Shown piece by piece: positions 61,798-64,000 of a stretch of DNA of 64,000 nucleotides. The translations under genes and the position numbers were made by a program. Under the pieces are notes generated by a model. It saw only the letters and a program-made list of their open reading frames with translations, made no database searches and was not told the DNA's origin. The stretch's first letter is position 1, and each line of letters begins with the position of its first letter. Origin of the DNA: Treponemataceae bacterium (lineage in GTDB: Bacteria > Spirochaetota > Spirochaetia > Treponematales > Rectinemataceae); the NCBI GenBank assembly GCA_963678065.2, contig CAXXVZ010000003.1, forward strand, positions 192,001 to 256,000, read 5' to 3'.

Positions 61798-63096
61798 TTG
61801 CATAAAGAGAAATATACCGGGAAAATTCTGCACCGATTATTAATGATAAACGGATATAGCTATCCGGAAAAGATAGCCTTTTCTATTATGGAATTGAGTC
61901 TTTATAAGACGTTTGCCCAATATCATATATTGACTGATGTTATTACTCCGACGCCTGTTCGTGGAATTTCTGACGATGAATACGAAAAATATTATTATGT
62001 GACCGAAGAAGATATGTATGATGGTTGGGTTAAAATTCACAGGTATAAACTTGGTAAAGAAAAAAACGCTATCATTAAACGCGCTTTTAGATATGTCAAA
62101 GGTGCTGCCAAATCTTATTTCAGTGGCATTTCGTATAAAGATTCTGAATTGATTTTTTCAACAAGCACACCCCCTATGCAGGGATTTCTTTGTGGCTTGG
62201 TTAAAAATAAACTTAGGATACCATTCGTATATTATCTATGTGATGTATTCCCAGATTCGCTAGTTAATTGTGGGTTAACGCGTAAGGGATCATTGGTGTG
62301 GAAAATCGGTAGAGTAATTGAGAATTATACATATAAAAAAGCCAATAAAATAATTGTTGTAAGCCATGATTTCAAGCAGAATCTTCTTGCTAAAGGGGTT
62401 CCGGAAGATAAAATTGAGATTGTATATAATTGGATAGATCCAGACTCAGTTATACCCATACCGAGAAAAGATAACAAACTGTTCGATGATTATGCACTTG
62501 ATCGTGACGGGTTCTATATCGTTTATGCTGGTAATTTGGGAACAGCTCAGGGTGTCCGTATACTTGTCGATGCTGCAGCAATACTGAGAGAAGAAAACAT
62601 AAATTTTGTTATATTTGGCAATGGAACAGAAGAGGAAGATATACGACGCAGAATAAAAAGTCTACACTTGACAAACATTCATGTATTCCCAATGCAACCT
62701 CTTTCTAGGATAAGTGAAGTGTACAGTCTGGGGAATGTTTCCCTTGTTTCGTGCAAGCCGGGCTTCGGAAGCGTTGGTATGCCCTCGAAAACGTGGAGTA
62801 TTATGTCTGCAGCGGTGCCGGTGTTGTTGTGTTTCGATGATGGCACAGAATTAAAAGACATTGTTGTGGGTAATAACTGCGGAGTATTTTCAAAGGCGGG
62901 TGACAATTGGGCTCTGGCTGAGATGATTATGAGCCTTTATAAATCGGATTCGGTGTATTTGAGTAACCTTGGTCATAATGGGCGGAATTTTGTTACTAAT
63001 AATATGTCAACCAAGATATGTACCAATAAAATAATAAACATATTTTTAACTGCTTTAGAAAAGGCTATACCGAATGATGAAGACTATAATCATTGA
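61798..63096 (+). CDS. Glycosyltransferase family 4 (WbuB-like); start TTG 61798 or ATG 61843
   Basis: YPE, STPP, DVFPDS, YAGNLG.AQG, MPSK motifs. Confidence 0.9.
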   Translation: MHKEKYTGKILHRLLMINGYSYPEKIAFSIMELSLYKTFAQYHILTDVITPTPVRGISDDEYEKYYYVTEEDMYDGWVKIHRYKLGKEKNAIIKRAFRYVKGAAKSYFSGISYKDSELIFSTSTPPMQGFLCGLVKNKLRIPFVYYLCDVFPDSLVNCGLTRKGSLVWKIGRVIENYTYKKANKIIVVSHDFKQNLLAKGVPEDKIEIVYNWIDPDSVIPIPRKDNKLFDDYALDRDGFYIVYAGNLGTAQGVRILVDAAAILREENINFVIFGNGTEEEDIRRRIKSLHLTNIHVFPMQPLSRISEVYSLGNVSLVSCKPGFGSVGMPSKTWSIMSAAVPVLLCFDDGTELKDIVVGNNCGVFSKAGDNWALAEMIMSLYKSDSVYLSNLGHNGRNFVTNNMSTKICTNKIINIFLTALEKAIPNDEDYNH

Positions 63097-64000
63097 TGTC
63101 GCATATACTTCTGGTGGCGCTGAAACCATCCTGCGTCAGTATTACAGAGACAGCGTTATGAAGACCAATGATGAGTGGATTTTCATAACCAGTAATATAG
63201 AATTAGAAGAAGCTGAAAACATTCAACTTATTCGATATCCCAAAGCAGCCACTTCGATATTATATCGATTTCTTTTCGATTATATTATAGCACCTTATCT
63301 TGTTAGAAAGTATAAGCCTGATCGAATACTTTCTCTTCAAAACGTGGATGTACCATGGGTTACTGTACCTCAAACGATTTATCTGCATCAATCAATTCCT
63401 TTTACTACAGTTAAAATGAAATTTTCTATAGATAAAAGGCTGTGGTTTTATCAAAATATATATAAATACAGAATTCGTCAGATGTTATATCGAGCAGATA
63501 AAGTAATCGTACAAACGAACTGGATGAAAGACGGCTGTATACAACTGGCAAAAATCAGTCCGGAAAAAATTGAAGTAATTATTCCACGTCTGATATTTGA
63601 CAGCGGTGTTGTATACAAAGGCGATAACCATCCTAAGTTTTTTTATCCAGCAAATGGGCATTATCATAAAAACCATCGAATTATCCTTGAGGCAGCAATA
63701 CTATTAAAGAAGAATGGCATAAATGGCTATGACATTACCTTTACTCTAGCTGGAGATGAAAACGAAAATGTTAGAATGCTGTTTGATAAAACGGAAAAAG
63801 AGGGTTTGCCAATATACTTCGTTGGGACTATTCCATATTCAACTATGATGGAGTATTACAAAGAGTGTATTTTACTGTTTCCGTCCTATGTCGAATCATA
63901 TGGCCTGCCGCTACTTGAAGCAAAAACAGCCGGATGTCCAATTATTGCAGCAGATACACCATTTGCGCATGAAATATTAGACGGGTATCCTATCAGTACA
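63074..64000 (+). CDS. Glycosyltransferase family 4, 3'-truncated by the window edge (not in the ORF track)
   Basis: MMKTIIIDVAYTSGGAETIL...FFYPA...HKNH...LFPSYVESYGLPLLEA...PIIAAD; open to the window end. Confidence 0.88.
   Translation, partial: MMKTIIIDVAYTSGGAETILRQYYRDSVMKTNDEWIFITSNIELEEAENIQLIRYPKAATSILYRFLFDYIIAPYLVRKYKPDRILSLQNVDVPWVTVPQTIYLHQSIPFTTVKMKFSIDKRLWFYQNIYKYRIRQMLYRADKVIVQTNWMKDGCIQLAKISPEKIEVIIPRLIFDSGVVYKGDNHPKFFYPANGHYHKNHRIILEAAILLKKNGINGYDITFTLAGDENENVRMLFDKTEKEGLPIYFVGTIPYSTMMEYYKECILLFPSYVESYGLPLLEAKTAGCPIIAADTPFAHEILDGYPIST

Overview
This window looks like a GC-rich spirochete chromosome segment (Treponematales/Rectinema-like, inferred from murB-cysS-ECF sigma/anti-sigma synteny, flgM and a GHAN-type OmpA protein). 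1-7238 is the 3' part of a giant protein made of tandem FSPNGDG/FlgD-Ig-like modules (1941-bp near-perfect DNA repeat) ending in an OmpA-like domain. 7.3-55.4 kb is mostly housekeeping: murB, cysS, ECF sigma/anti-sigma, glyA-queG-epmA-efp-methyltransferase, recG, M32 peptidase, a his operon, rsmI, flgM, sugar uptake/galK, a twin FMN-binding protein, aminotransferase, EEP nuclease, Orn/Lys decarboxylase, an Rpn pseudogene and gcvTH-PA-PB. After the gcvPB terminator (~55.5 kb) the DNA becomes AT-rich: IS3, IS630, IS1595 and IS1380 elements or remnants around a polysaccharide locus (wzx, two GT4 genes). Main highlights: (1) a HisA-HisI-HisE fusion directly upstream of hisD that resembles the N-terminal half of fungal His4; (2) an unannotated His-rich leader peptide with a complete six-segment attenuator; (3) higher-order repeat structure and a codon-usage switch in the giant gene; (4) recurring leaderless-type starts and non-canonical CTG/ATT starts; (5) an unannotated 38-aa Lys-rich ORF; (6) an IS1380 insertion whose removal restores the wzx C-terminus. 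All calls come from reading motifs by eye; no database searches were run.
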